From: a virus | Taxonomy: Duplodnaviria > Heunggongvirae > Uroviricota > Caudoviricetes | Virus record (IMG/VR): IMGVR_UViG_3300020171_000017 | Location: 1 to 48,684 of that record | Direction: 5' to 3' (one strand) | DNA: 48,684 nucleotides | In this document: piece by piece, positions 1 through 10,100 of the stretch | Layout: every line of letters begins with the position of its first letter | Numbering within the stretch: position 1 is the stretch's first letter | Notes under the pieces: generated by a model | Database searches by the model: none | Told to the model about the DNA's origin: nothing | What the model saw: only the letters and a program-made list of their open reading frames with translations | Translations under genes and position numbers: made by a program

Positions 1-141
1 AATATCCTCCAATTCGGTAAAATTGAGTTCGAGAAACTAAATAAATCCAACAAAGTAGGCCGGGACACGGCCAAACTTAAACGCCCAGGAAGACTGCGTG
101 CTGTAAGACGGGTCGCTGAACTGGGAATCCACCGACTTTAG
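1..141 (+). CDS. tnpB: C-terminal fragment of TnpB (partial)
   Basis: Frame 1 reads NILQFGKIEFEKLNKSNKVGRDTAKLKRPGRLRAVRRVAELGIHRL*. This is the usual tail after the RuvC-III DxNAAxNI motif, ending within the right-end hairpin. Confidence 0.7.
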   Translation, partial: NILQFGKIEFEKLNKSNKVGRDTAKLKRPGRLRAVRRVAELGIHRL

Positions 142-157
142 TCGGTGGAGCAGTCAC
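1..157 (+). mobile_element. Right end of an IS200/IS605-family (TnpB) element, truncated by the window start
   Basis: Subterminal palindrome TCCACCGACT-TT-AGTCGGTGGA (128-149) preceded by GAAT and followed by GCAGTCAC, the typical right-end layout. The TnpB-like C-terminal frame stops inside the hairpin. The exact last base (156 or 157) is uncertain. Confidence 0.8.
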
Positions 158-176
158 GATTAATAGGGATGTTGAT

Positions 177-713
177 GTGAAAGTTAATAGCGATAAAGTA
201 AGTTATGAAGCGCAGTATTATGATGTGGTTGCTGATATAGCGGTAAATGATGTATTAACAATATCGCCTAAAGTAGGAATGACAAAAGCAAGAATTGAAG
301 ATGATATGAAAAAAATAGACAGTAAAACAGGTTCTAATTTTGGTGTTGATGTTAAAATAAAACTTTATGAAGGCGATGTAAATGCGGTGCTACTTTCTAA
401 GTATAGGTTTTCAAAAATAACTTTCAAAGATACTGTTTTATTAAAAACAAGCCTTCATGAATATGAAGTTGGACCTATTATATCTAAATCGTTTGGAAAA
501 GATGTAGTAGTGTCACCTTATGTCGGCTGTGTATATAGCGAAGTAAAAGGAAGGGTTATTGTTTCACCTGAAAAGGTCAATTTTGATGCTAAAGACAACA
601 TCGGTTTGCGTCTTGGTACAGCAGTAAAATTAGCGAATAACATCAACTTTTTTATTGATGGCGCATTGTTTGACAAACAAGGCATTTCAGCAAAAGTAAC
701 ATACACATTCTAA
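177..713 (+). CDS. Outer-membrane beta-barrel protein, probably N-terminally truncated by the IS
   Basis: Alternating amphipathic beta-strands and C-terminal KVTYTF (terminal Phe, Tyr at -3). No signal peptide. The frame stays open upstream of the GTG back to the IS end (INRDVD). Confidence 0.7.
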   Translation: MKVNSDKVSYEAQYYDVVADIAVNDVLTISPKVGMTKARIEDDMKKIDSKTGSNFGVDVKIKLYEGDVNAVLLSKYRFSKITFKDTVLLKTSLHEYEVGPIISKSFGKDVVVSPYVGCVYSEVKGRVIVSPEKVNFDAKDNIGLRLGTAVKLANNINFFIDGALFDKQGISAKVTYTF

Positions 714-727
714 TTTAACAATTAAAT

Positions 728-769
728 ATATCGGTGCGGGAACTAACTATTTTTGCACCGATATTTTTT
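728..769 (+). terminator. Intrinsic terminator after the beta-barrel gene
   Basis: Inverted repeat ATATCGGTGC (728-737) / GCACCGATAT (755-764) followed by a T run. Confidence 0.7.
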
Positions 770-779
770 AAAAAAATCT

Positions 780-1007
780 ATGCATTATGCCGAATTGTTA
801 GAATTTAATTATGTGCATGTGAGTATTCCGCGTAAAAAGATATTAAAAGATTTAGATCGGCGCATTATTAAAAGAAAGAATTTTTATGAATACCAGAAAT
901 TAGAAATAGAAATTGAAACAGCGTTGAATAAACTTAACCATGCGAAAAGCGTAGTTAATAAAGTATTGCAAAAACCTTGGGAATTTGAGATTGGAAAGGA
1001 AAAATGA
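780..1007 (+). CDS. Hypothetical protein
   Basis: ORF. ATG at 780 preferred because the TTG at 753 lies inside the terminator. Stop overlaps the next ATG (ATGA). Confidence 0.55.
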   Translation: MHYAELLEFNYVHVSIPRKKILKDLDRRIIKRKNFYEYQKLEIEIETALNKLNHAKSVVNKVLQKPWEFEIGKEK

Positions 1008-1264
1008 AAAAGATAATTGATACTTATGGTTCGGTTAGCAATATACCGTTATCAACAGTGATAAAACAACTTGATAAATTAACAGATATGGTTAATGCGA
1101 TTTCAGAGACAATAAACAATTTAGGTAACTTATCAGAATTAAATACAGTTAAAGAAGAAATAAAAGAATTAGAAAAAAAGGTTATCGCGCAAGGCGATGT
1201 AATAGCGAAAATAGTTGAATTGATCGATGATGTAAAAAGGAATATAGTTGATAAAATACAATAG
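1004..1264 (+). CDS. Hypothetical coiled-coil protein
   Basis: Heptad-rich 86-aa ORF with GGAAAGGA upstream, coupled to the previous gene. Confidence 0.65.
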   Translation: MKKIIDTYGSVSNIPLSTVIKQLDKLTDMVNAISETINNLGNLSELNTVKEEIKELEKKVIAQGDVIAKIVELIDDVKRNIVDKIQ

Positions 1265-1276
1265 TAATGATATACT
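1248..1276 (+). promoter_or_regulatory. sigma70-type promoter
   Basis: TTGATA (1248-1253), 17 bp spacer, TATACT (1271-1276), with an extended -10 TG. Confidence 0.6.
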
Positions 1277-1305
1277 TAATATAAGAATAATAAATAATAA
1301 CTTTT

Positions 1306-1620
1306 ATGCCTGAAATCTATATTAAAAGTATAGTATTAGAAAAACAAATATACGATTCTTTTAAAAGTACTTTAAAAGAAAGGTACTCTAACTTAAAATC
1401 TCCAAGATGCACGTTTTCTAATTTTGAATCATGGTCGTTAATGGCGATGGTATTAGGTATTTTTACAAGTTACGGCGATATAACTTCATCGCCGTTGTTT
1501 TTAGAATGTTTAGAAAAAGAATATTTACCTGAATTAAAAAAAATAGATAGAGATAAATATGTTTATGTATGTATATGCATAAAATCAAATGACCGAAGTA
1601 AAACCAAACAGTATACCTAA
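1306..1620 (+). CDS. Hypothetical protein
   Basis: 104-aa ORF downstream of the promoter. No motif recognised. Confidence 0.55.
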   Translation: MPEIYIKSIVLEKQIYDSFKSTLKERYSNLKSPRCTFSNFESWSLMAMVLGIFTSYGDITSSPLFLECLEKEYLPELKKIDRDKYVYVCICIKSNDRSKTKQYT

Positions 1621-1801
1621 AAACAAGTTGCGTGAATTTCGAGTGGTTCCTCACATCAGCCAATGGCAACTCGCATTACAAAGCGGTGTTAAACAATCCC
1701 GTATTTCTTTAATTGAAAATTTACTAGTTAAACCTAGTACACGTGAGAAGATTAAACTTTCTAATGCATTGAAACAATCTATTGAGGAGGTTTTTCCATA
1801 A
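1589..1801 (+). CDS. XRE/Cro-type helix-turn-helix transcriptional regulator
   Basis: NKLREFR...ISQWQLALQSGVKQSRISLIEN...PS matches the HTH_3 pattern. Confidence 0.85.
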   Translation: MTEVKPNSIPKNKLREFRVVPHISQWQLALQSGVKQSRISLIENLLVKPSTREKIKLSNALKQSIEEVFP

Positions 1802-1806
1802 TTAAT

Positions 1807-2736
1807 ATGCCAGAAGATAAACCAGTAGATCCGTTAGAAGCAGCGTCAGAAGCCGAATATAACGAAAAGATAGTAAACGCTTTTAAGCCTGAACCAAAGG
1901 TTGTAGAAGAACCGATTAATGGTTTAACTCCCGCCGAAATTGAATCTAACCTAAAAAAACAGCATGATTTGAATGAATTGCCTGAAGAGTTTAATGTAAG
2001 GCATATTGGGGATTTAACTTATCTGCAAGAGATCTTTTGTGCTAAATATGATAAATTCAAATCTCTGGATTATTTAAATAAAATGCGAGAAACGATGGTT
2101 CTAGAAGGCCATCAAGAGAGTTCACAACTTAACGAATTTCTTTTTTGGGCGGCAATGAGCCGTAAGATGCAGATTATATACCAGCGCATGCATGCTAAGA
2201 TGACTCGGCAAAAAGGATCTACTGACGATACCGCCGAGAACATCGGTTTGCTGAAAGAGATGAGAGCTATATCTGAACAGCTAGCTAGTTTACAAAGGAA
2301 CATGAGTATTGATCTCGATAAACGCAAGAAAGTCAAAGACGTAGTAGACTTGCACGAAGAGACCATGCAGGCAGCGGAATCGTTTATAAAATCGCATTTA
2401 GGAGAATGCAGCTTTAGGTGCCAAAAATGCGGTACGATAGTGGATACAAAAGGGCTTCCGCATTTCGCGTTTATGACTGAAAAAGATAAGAATACAGGTG
2501 AGACTATATACTATGTTTTTTCACCTGAATTATGGTATTTATATCGTAAAAAGAAAATTGAATTACATCAAATGGCGTTTATTTTACGGACTTCACCTGA
2601 AGGTATACTTGTTACTGCCGATATGCGCGGTGAATATGGCACGAAAATATTGATTGAGAACGTGGCGATGTTAGAAAAAGAAGAGAAAGAACTTAAAGGT
2701 TTGATGAAAGGATTTAATAGTGGAATTGAAAGTTAG
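1807..2736 (+). CDS. Hypothetical protein, candidate terminase small subunit
   Basis: Directly upstream of and overlapping the terminase large subunit gene. Helical/coiled-coil core plus CxxC (CQKC). The assignment rests on position only. Confidence 0.45.
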   Translation: MPEDKPVDPLEAASEAEYNEKIVNAFKPEPKVVEEPINGLTPAEIESNLKKQHDLNELPEEFNVRHIGDLTYLQEIFCAKYDKFKSLDYLNKMRETMVLEGHQESSQLNEFLFWAAMSRKMQIIYQRMHAKMTRQKGSTDDTAENIGLLKEMRAISEQLASLQRNMSIDLDKRKKVKDVVDLHEETMQAAESFIKSHLGECSFRCQKCGTIVDTKGLPHFAFMTEKDKNTGETIYYVFSPELWYLYRKKKIELHQMAFILRTSPEGILVTADMRGEYGTKILIENVAMLEKEEKELKGLMKGFNSGIES

Positions 2737-4375
2737 CGATATAGAAAAGAAGTTGTGTTTATACTTCGTTTTTCACCATAAAATCGCGTTTCGGGATTTT
2801 TTCATACCGCAAGCTATGGGCAAGCCGTTTCGTATGCATTACTACCAAGTGCCGCCGGCGTTATGCGATGAGCTGGTCTGGGCGGGCGCGCGCGGTACAG
2901 GCAAGAGCTATGACCTTGAATTCTCGATTATGCAAAATCCGTTTCTATACCCTGGAGAAGAGACATTTTTAACGGCTTACCGTAGAACGCATATTAAAGA
3001 CAGGTTAGAAAAGGTAATTACATATTTAAGTTCTGTACCTTATTTACGCAGGTTTTTTAAAGGCGACAGTGAAACTTCGTTACGAGAATCGGTTACCAGG
3101 TCGCCGATCTATTCTATTCGGTTTAAGAACAAACATGAGATATGCGGCATCTCGACGGGCGACGATCCGCAGGCCGTGGCCGTTTCCGGGCACCACCCTT
3201 GCTTCAGATTTATAGAAGAATCCCAATTTTATACCACAGATGCCTGGATGCAGTACCAGAACACCCAATCGCCTAGCGGTTCTATAGACAGATACTATGG
3301 AGTATCTAACGGCAGGCTAGATTCTCCGTTCTATATAATCACGCATAAACTAAAGAAGTTCAAGAACAAACGGTTTCGTGTGCATCGCGCGATGGAGCCG
3401 AATTGGACTCAAGAGCTAAAGAGAGACAAATTATCTACCTTAAAAGGCCCAAATTCTAACGATTGGATACAACAAATTGAAGCGCAAGAGGGTGAACCTT
3501 CGTTTGGCGTGTGGAACGAAGCTGATATACGCAAGAACATAGATTTTATTGAATCAAAAGAAGTACCTGGTACGCTTGCTAATACAATAAAAACAATAGC
3601 GGTTTTAGCAAAAGACTATGTCGATATGGATGCTAATCAAGTACTGTGTAACTTACCGCAACTGCCTGAGAATGGTTTAGAAGTTATTTTAGGTATTGAC
3701 GCGGGATATTCGCAACCGACGATTATATTGCCTTTTTATTTTTATAAAAACAAATGGAACCTGAACTGTAAAATCTTATTATTAGACCGTATGATTTCAG
3801 ATGATCAAACAGAGTTAATAGATTATATAGCTTCATTTTACAAAAACTGTTATTTAGGCATTGATTGTTCTTCAGCAGATGGCAGAGATATAGCCACTAA
3901 ACTATGCAACCCTAAGAATGAAGAATACAATACAAAACAATACGATAAACGTATATTTTTCATAGATTTCAGAGAAGCATTAATTATTGGATATAAACGT
4001 GAAATGGAAAGTGGTAGAGTAGCACTTGTAGAAATAAAAGATCACATGAAGAATTTAACTACAAGAGTATTAAGAGACAAATTTTCTAAGGAAGAATTTT
4101 ATTTGGTTTACGATGAAGAAATGATACCAGAATTCATATCAGAAACACAAAAGACTGAAGGCGGCAGATTAACCATACACACGCCGCCTACGGTGCACAT
4201 ACCGGAAGCATACAGATGTTTCGCGGGTGCATGGTGGAAATTAAAGATAAAGGTAGAAAAACCGCCTTTAGAAGAAGACGCGGAGGAAGAGTATCAAATG
4301 GATTTTCCTACTTATGCGCCAAACGATTTAAATTTATTTGTAAGAAGGCCGGAAAAAGATACAATACCGCGTTAG
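2720..4375 (+). CDS. terL: Terminase large subunit
   Basis: Walker A (GARGTGKS), Walker B-like FRFIEESQ, coupling motif GVSN, RNase H-like nuclease motifs ILGIDAG and LGIDCS. Located upstream of the portal. Confidence 0.85.
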   Translation: MELKVSDIEKKLCLYFVFHHKIAFRDFFIPQAMGKPFRMHYYQVPPALCDELVWAGARGTGKSYDLEFSIMQNPFLYPGEETFLTAYRRTHIKDRLEKVITYLSSVPYLRRFFKGDSETSLRESVTRSPIYSIRFKNKHEICGISTGDDPQAVAVSGHHPCFRFIEESQFYTTDAWMQYQNTQSPSGSIDRYYGVSNGRLDSPFYIITHKLKKFKNKRFRVHRAMEPNWTQELKRDKLSTLKGPNSNDWIQQIEAQEGEPSFGVWNEADIRKNIDFIESKEVPGTLANTIKTIAVLAKDYVDMDANQVLCNLPQLPENGLEVILGIDAGYSQPTIILPFYFYKNKWNLNCKILLLDRMISDDQTELIDYIASFYKNCYLGIDCSSADGRDIATKLCNPKNEEYNTKQYDKRIFFIDFREALIIGYKREMESGRVALVEIKDHMKNLTTRVLRDKFSKEEFYLVYDEEMIPEFISETQKTEGGRLTIHTPPTVHIPEAYRCFAGAWWKLKIKVEKPPLEEDAEEEYQMDFPTYAPNDLNLFVRRPEKDTIPR

Positions 4376-4386
4376 GAATAATAAAC

Positions 4387-4415
4387 TTGACAAAAAGGAA
4401 TATATATTATATACT
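4387..4415 (+). promoter_or_regulatory. sigma70-type promoter
   Basis: TTGACA (4387-4392), 17 bp spacer, TATACT (4410-4415). Confidence 0.8.
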
Positions 4416-4460
4416 TATACAGAGCATAAGAATAATTTATAATTATGCTTGAATAGACTC

Positions 4461-4634
4461 ATGTCCGAAACTAAATTAGAAAAAGGCATTTGGCAAATAC
4501 TTGAAGAATATTGTGCTGATTTGAAATACGGTGAAATAAATATTACAATCACCGTGCTTCATGGCCGTGGTGTGGCATTTGAAGAGAATCATCCACCGAT
4601 AAGAAAATACAGAGAAATACGAAGCGATAAATAA
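4461..4634 (+). CDS. Small protein resembling the YezD/DUF2292 pattern
   Basis: LKYGEINITITVLHGRGVAFE resembles the (F/Y)G-x-h-x-h-x-h-x-(H/Q)-(D)G-(K/R) pattern. ATG 4461 (TTG 4449 is an alternative). The stop codon abuts the conserved 29-nt element. Confidence 0.5.
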   Translation: MSETKLEKGIWQILEEYCADLKYGEINITITVLHGRGVAFEENHPPIRKYREIRSDK

Positions 4635-4663
4635 GTCCTACTCTTACACAAAGCTAGCGGGCT
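4635..4663 (+). promoter_or_regulatory. Conserved 29-nt element, copy 1 (boxA-like putative antitermination site)
   Basis: GTCCTACTCTTACACAAAGCTAGCGGGCT, identical at 47810 and with 1 mismatch at 38493. Contains CTCTTACACA, the lambda nutR boxA core. Confidence 0.7.
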
Positions 4664-4700
4664 GAAATGTAATTATTATTACATATCAGCCCTTTTTTTT
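4659..4700 (+). terminator. Intrinsic terminator immediately before the portal ATG
   Basis: GGGCTGA-A-ATGTAAT-TATT-ATTACAT-A-TCAGCCC followed by T8. Confidence 0.85.
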
Positions 4701-6443
4701 ATGTCAAAAAAAGATAAAATCAAAACCGCGATTTTAAATAACGATATGCATGTCGGCGTTATTTCTTCAGCGCATCCGCGTGTGTTGTGGGGAAATAGTC
4801 CTAATGACGAAGATTTTCAAAAATCCAATAGATCAGATTACGGCCGTGTAGTTGATGTACGAGTGCCGCATGGTTACCATGAGCAATGCAAAAAATCATG
4901 GGAGATGTATGAAACCGACAGGTTATTCAGATACCTCGTAGATCGTTGCGGTGATTTTGCCGCTAATGGGTTTGAATGGGAAATACCTATCGCTAAGAAG
5001 ATAAACTTTACTGAATGGTTGAAGAACAAAGTTTTAAAACAACCTACAGCTGAAGAAAAAGAACATGCGGTATGGAGTAAATTCGCCGCGACATTAAACA
5101 AAACCGTAAAGAACGTAATGCCAGGTATAGATGAAGTTAACAACTGGATAGTAAAACATCTTCTGTTGGGTGCTATGGCGCCGTTAGAATGGGAATGGGG
5201 TAAAGTCAAAGTAGACGGCGTAGACTACGAAATGCCAGTGAAAATGGTAATACATAACTCTTTATCTATAGCATTAAATAGATCAACGCAGGCTTTTGCT
5301 GATGAAGAAATGTACTTGAAACTATCTTCTGGTATACAAAGTATAACCGAAGCGATTAAGATATCTCAAATCGGTATTGGCACACAAGTGATGAAAGATT
5401 CAAAAGATTGGCATGAAATAAACTTAATGGGTACAATAGGCAAGCCTAAACTTGAAGGTTTTGCGATAAAGTATAAATGGTCTCCTGGTGACAACACTGC
5501 GTTAGTATATGGTCGTAATGTTCACGTAGGCCAAGGTTTATATCCTACGCCGCCCTTTTCTGGTCTTTATGAAACATTGATTATGCGGCGCGCGTTAACT
5601 GCGGCTGATATAGCCATACTTGATGGTATTATAAACTTTATTTTAGACTGGGAAATAGGCGATAACACTACAATACAAGTAGCGCCGGGTAAAGAAGTGC
5701 TGCCGAACCAGCCATTAGCTGCTAAGTACGACGCTTCAGGCACGAAAATCTCTAAAAGTTCAATTGAAATGGCGAAAGAAATGATTACCTCTGATACTAG
5801 AGGCAACGTAATGCAGTTATTTCATCCGTATTATATGAAGTTAAATATTAAAATCCCGGACACTTCTGTGTTACTTAACAACATAAAATATGTACAATCT
5901 ACTGTAGAAGTATACCAAGCGTTCGGGATTTTACTTTCTCCTGCCGACAAAAGAATGGATTTTAGCGGTATTAATATACAGAATTTCGAACAATTTCTTG
6001 ATAATATAAGATTATGCCATATAAAAAGATTTTGGGAGGCATTAGCTTCTGAAATAGTAGATAGAAACAAAGATAAATTAACCGTAGTACCGAACATGAT
6101 CTTTAAACCGCTGAATACAAAGACTGAAGAGTTTAAACGCAGTTTATTAGAATTGATGAAGATAGGCAAACTTTCTACAGAAAGCCTACATTCAGGTTAT
6201 GGTTTAGATAATCGGGTAGAGATAAATCATATCGCTAGAGAAATAGCTAGTGGAGAGAAAGAACTGACAGATAGGCAAGTACCCGTATCGTTTGTGCAGG
6301 CGAATAAAGGTGTAGAAGGAACTGATGCTGGTAGAAACAAGAAACCAGAAGAAGAAGTTATTGAAGAAGAGGATAAATTAACACCATTACAACAGCAAGG
6401 CAGGCCTATAGGTACAGGTAAACCGAAGAAGGAGAAGAAGTAA
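4701..6443 (+). CDS. Portal protein
   Basis: 580 aa, follows TerL. Portal-like N-terminal helices (EMYETDRLFRYLVDRCGDF), IHNSLSI strand and charged low-complexity C-terminus. Confidence 0.75.
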   Translation: MSKKDKIKTAILNNDMHVGVISSAHPRVLWGNSPNDEDFQKSNRSDYGRVVDVRVPHGYHEQCKKSWEMYETDRLFRYLVDRCGDFAANGFEWEIPIAKKINFTEWLKNKVLKQPTAEEKEHAVWSKFAATLNKTVKNVMPGIDEVNNWIVKHLLLGAMAPLEWEWGKVKVDGVDYEMPVKMVIHNSLSIALNRSTQAFADEEMYLKLSSGIQSITEAIKISQIGIGTQVMKDSKDWHEINLMGTIGKPKLEGFAIKYKWSPGDNTALVYGRNVHVGQGLYPTPPFSGLYETLIMRRALTAADIAILDGIINFILDWEIGDNTTIQVAPGKEVLPNQPLAAKYDASGTKISKSSIEMAKEMITSDTRGNVMQLFHPYYMKLNIKIPDTSVLLNNIKYVQSTVEVYQAFGILLSPADKRMDFSGINIQNFEQFLDNIRLCHIKRFWEALASEIVDRNKDKLTVVPNMIFKPLNTKTEEFKRSLLELMKIGKLSTESLHSGYGLDNRVEINHIAREIASGEKELTDRQVPVSFVQANKGVEGTDAGRNKKPEEEVIEEEDKLTPLQQQGRPIGTGKPKKEKK

Positions 6444-6444
6444 A

Positions 6445-6798
6445 ATGTATTATATAGGTGATACTTTTTTACATCAAAATGCGATTGTAAGTGGTTCTTC
6501 TACTTTTCCTACAACTAAAAGCGGTATTGATTGCGGTTTGTACGATAGTCTAGCGCTTGAACTTAGTCTTGCCGGCACAGCTACTCCTACCTGGGGAATA
6601 ACACCAGGTTATTGGTCAGATTCATTAAATGCATATTGCGCAAGCAGCGCGTTGACAATAAACGCAGGTACTTCTGGTGGTGGGGTAGTTCTCGAAGTGG
6701 ATACTTTAGGTGCCTCAGATGTATACCTTTTATGTATAAATACAATAGGTACTAATCCAACAATAACAGTTTATGCTAAACAAATTAGGAAAGGGTAG
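6445..6798 (+). CDS. Small beta-rich protein, paralog A (putative virion protein)
   Basis: 117 aa. 77 of 117 residues identical to 6807-7160 in an ungapped manual alignment. Confidence 0.7.
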   Translation: MYYIGDTFLHQNAIVSGSSTFPTTKSGIDCGLYDSLALELSLAGTATPTWGITPGYWSDSLNAYCASSALTINAGTSGGGVVLEVDTLGASDVYLLCINTIGTNPTITVYAKQIRKG

Positions 6799-6806
6799 GA
6801 GATAGC

Positions 6807-7160
6807 ATGTACTATATAGGTACAACTTTTTTACATCGTAATGCGGTTAGTAGCAATGATGCTGCTTTTCCTACAGTTAAAAGCGGTATTGATTGCGGTT
6901 TATATGATAGTATAGTACTCGAAATTTCTATTACAGGCACATCTACCCCTACCTGGACCGTAACACCTGGGTATTGGTCGGATTTGTTAGGTATATATTG
7001 TGCAGGGAGTGCGTTACAGGTTAGTTCAGGTACTTCTGGTGGATATTTGGTATATGAAATCGATACATTAGGCAACTCAGATATATATATTATGTGTTCA
7101 GCGTCTTCTGGTACGAGTCCTGTAATAACTATTTACGCGAAACAAATTAGAAAAGGATAA
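6807..7160 (+). CDS. Small beta-rich protein, paralog B (putative virion protein)
   Basis: Tandem duplicate of 6445-6798. RBS GGAGA. Confidence 0.7.
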   Translation: MYYIGTTFLHRNAVSSNDAAFPTVKSGIDCGLYDSIVLEISITGTSTPTWTVTPGYWSDLLGIYCAGSALQVSSGTSGGYLVYEIDTLGNSDIYIMCSASSGTSPVITIYAKQIRKG

Positions 7161-7168
7161 TTAATGAA

Positions 7169-10100
7169 ATGATACCAACGATAGAAAAGCCTACATTAAA
7201 TAAAAAATATTTAGTGCGGCCTACTTTTCGTAATCCTTTGTATATGCAGCATAAAAATAAAGATACTGCCATAAGTTCAGCGCCTTATGGATTGACTTTT
7301 TATAAAGATTATACCAATGATAACGGTTTAAGTAGTGATTATTCTATAGGTAGCAGATTAGCCACCTTCACCGCTTCTCGTGGAGCAACCACTCCAGCAA
7401 CTTACGTTGATTCTAATGGAGTAATTCAGTTAGTTACAGCCTCAAATATTCCTAGATTTCAAGGTGGTTATTATGACGGAACTGGATTTCATGTAGGCAA
7501 TAATGGAATAATAATTGAATCTAGTACAACAAACAGAGCAACATATTCTAACATTCCTAATGATGCAAGTTGGACTAAAACTAATATAACTGCTAATAAT
7601 ACCGATGCCGGCTCATCTTCTCCCGATGGAACAACTACATCTCCTTCACTAACGGCATCCTCCGCTGATGGATCGTTCACTAAAACATATACTACATCTA
7701 CCGCTATTTATACCGCTTCTGTTTGGATAAAACGTAAGGTAGGAACAGGAGCGATTAACTTTAGAGCTAACGCTTCTGATAGTTATACTGATATTACTTC
7801 ATACGTTACTGACGGATGGACAAGAGTATTCGTTACTTCGTCTTCTTCTACCAATCCTACTTTTGATTTATCACTACATACCAATACTGATGCAGTTTAT
7901 ATTTGGGGTTGTCAATTAGAATCTGGGCCAAGAATGAAAAGTTTTATCCCAAGTGCCGCGGGAACGGTGCGGTCGAGAGGGGCAGAACTTCTAAGTTATG
8001 TTAATTCAGGGAGAAATGCAGTAAAAGAAACTATCGTTATACAATTTATACCATCGGGAGATTTTTCTGATGACGGAGTACAAAGAGTCTTAACTGCTAC
8101 TGATACGAAGGAAAGATTATTCAGAAAAAATAATTCTGCTGGTTCGGTTGCTGTGAATTTACTTCCCAACAAAACAGATAATTCAGGTGTTCAAGTATCG
8201 GGGACTACTGCTTGTGTGTCAAATACATCTTATATCGCAACTGCCACAATGGCACAAAATCCATCTTCTTATGCAGTTTATCTAAATGGTATTCAAGAAG
8301 GTTCTACTGGCTCAAGCACTTGGACAGCTCCAGTATGGGGAAATAATTTTTATATCGGTTCAGCCAATAATAATACAAATCATATTGGCGGTGTAATTCA
8401 GAAAGTTGCTTTCTTTAATCGTGTATTGACTTCTTCGGAGGTAAGTCAGGTTACTAATTTTTTTAATACAGTAACATCTCCTACTTGGTATGATTTTACC
8501 CTTGATTGGGCGAATATGGACGCAACTTCTCCTGCCAATATCGGTAGTATCGTCCTTGATGGTGATGTTGACCCTATTACAAGAACAACAACTGAATTTA
8601 CCAGAAATGCCGCAGCATATAAATTCTTCGGGACTAATCTTTCTTTTGACGCAAATATTCCAACTACTACAGACGCTGATTGGTGGGCTGATTATTTAGC
8701 TTTCTTTGGGTTTAATTGTATCAGATGGCATCATCTTGATAATTATTATCCTAATGGAATTTTAACAGATGATGGCACTACCCAGACAATGAACGATACA
8801 GCGTTTGACCGGATGGATTATCTTTTTTCAAAATTAAAAACTAAGGGTATCTATGCTAACTTGAATATGAATGTTTCAAGAGTGTTTCAAGAAGTTGGAG
8901 ATTCAGTAACAAGTGGAACAGCAGCTTATGCTATAAACCCATATTTAAAAGCTATTACTCAATATGATGCAAGGTTGATTGCTTTACAAAAAGACTACAT
9001 GAACAAACTTTTAGGGCATACCAACGCTTATACTTCTATTGCCTATAAAGATGACCCTGCTGTTGCCCTGATTGAAATGACTAATGAAAATAAACTAATG
9101 ATTGATTACTGGACATCAAGAAAACTTGACCCAGTAAATATACATACAACAGGAACGCCGTTTCCGGTATTTTATACAGATGAATTAACTACTCTCTGGA
9201 ATACTTGGCTTGACGTTACTTATGTCACTTATGCTGATGTAATAACTGCTTGGGGTTTGGCAGATTTGACTACGACACAAACCGCAAAATTTGACCATAC
9301 ATCAGAATTAAATAATCAGGTTATTTCTCCTGCGGAGGCGACTTTTGCTTTTGATGTCAACCATTGTGATATTATAGTTTCTACACCTTCAAATTATTAC
9401 GATGTCCAGTACAAATCTAATACTTCAATTACAAATGGTAAAGTTTATAGGTTTACTTTTGTGGCTTCTGCTACCGAAGCAAGGAATTTATACTTGGATT
9501 GTAAAGATCTTGGTACGGCTGTAAGTTATCATTCAACAACCCAAGCAATAACTACTACGCCCACAACTTATACTTGGGAGTTCTTAGCAACCCAAACCGC
9601 TAACGTACAAGTTAAATGGCAAATGGGTGATGTAGTAGGAACAGTAACAATCGGGACAGCAACATTTACAGAAGAAGATTTATATTACTACATAAAAGCT
9701 GAAAAAGACTTAACTGCTTTTACTTTCCATAGACCATATTATGAAAGACTTGCTCAGTATCCAGCAACACAGCAAGCCGATATAAATACGTTTATGGATG
9801 ATACTATTAAATCATTTTATGATGATATGCGGACTTATTTAACAACCACAATAGGAACAAATGCTTTAATTACTCCAGTAGGTGGTGGTAAAGGTTATTC
9901 TGCGGAAGCAGATATTACTCCTTATGCTGATTTCTTAGACGCTCACGTTTATTTTGATTCTCCTTCCACATTCAACGAAAACACTTTCATTATGACCAAT
10001 ACTCGAATGTTAAAAGATGCTAATTTAGGCATGGTTAATATACATAATACCAGAGAAGAAGCGGTAAAGACAATGCCATTTACAGTTACAGAATATAACC

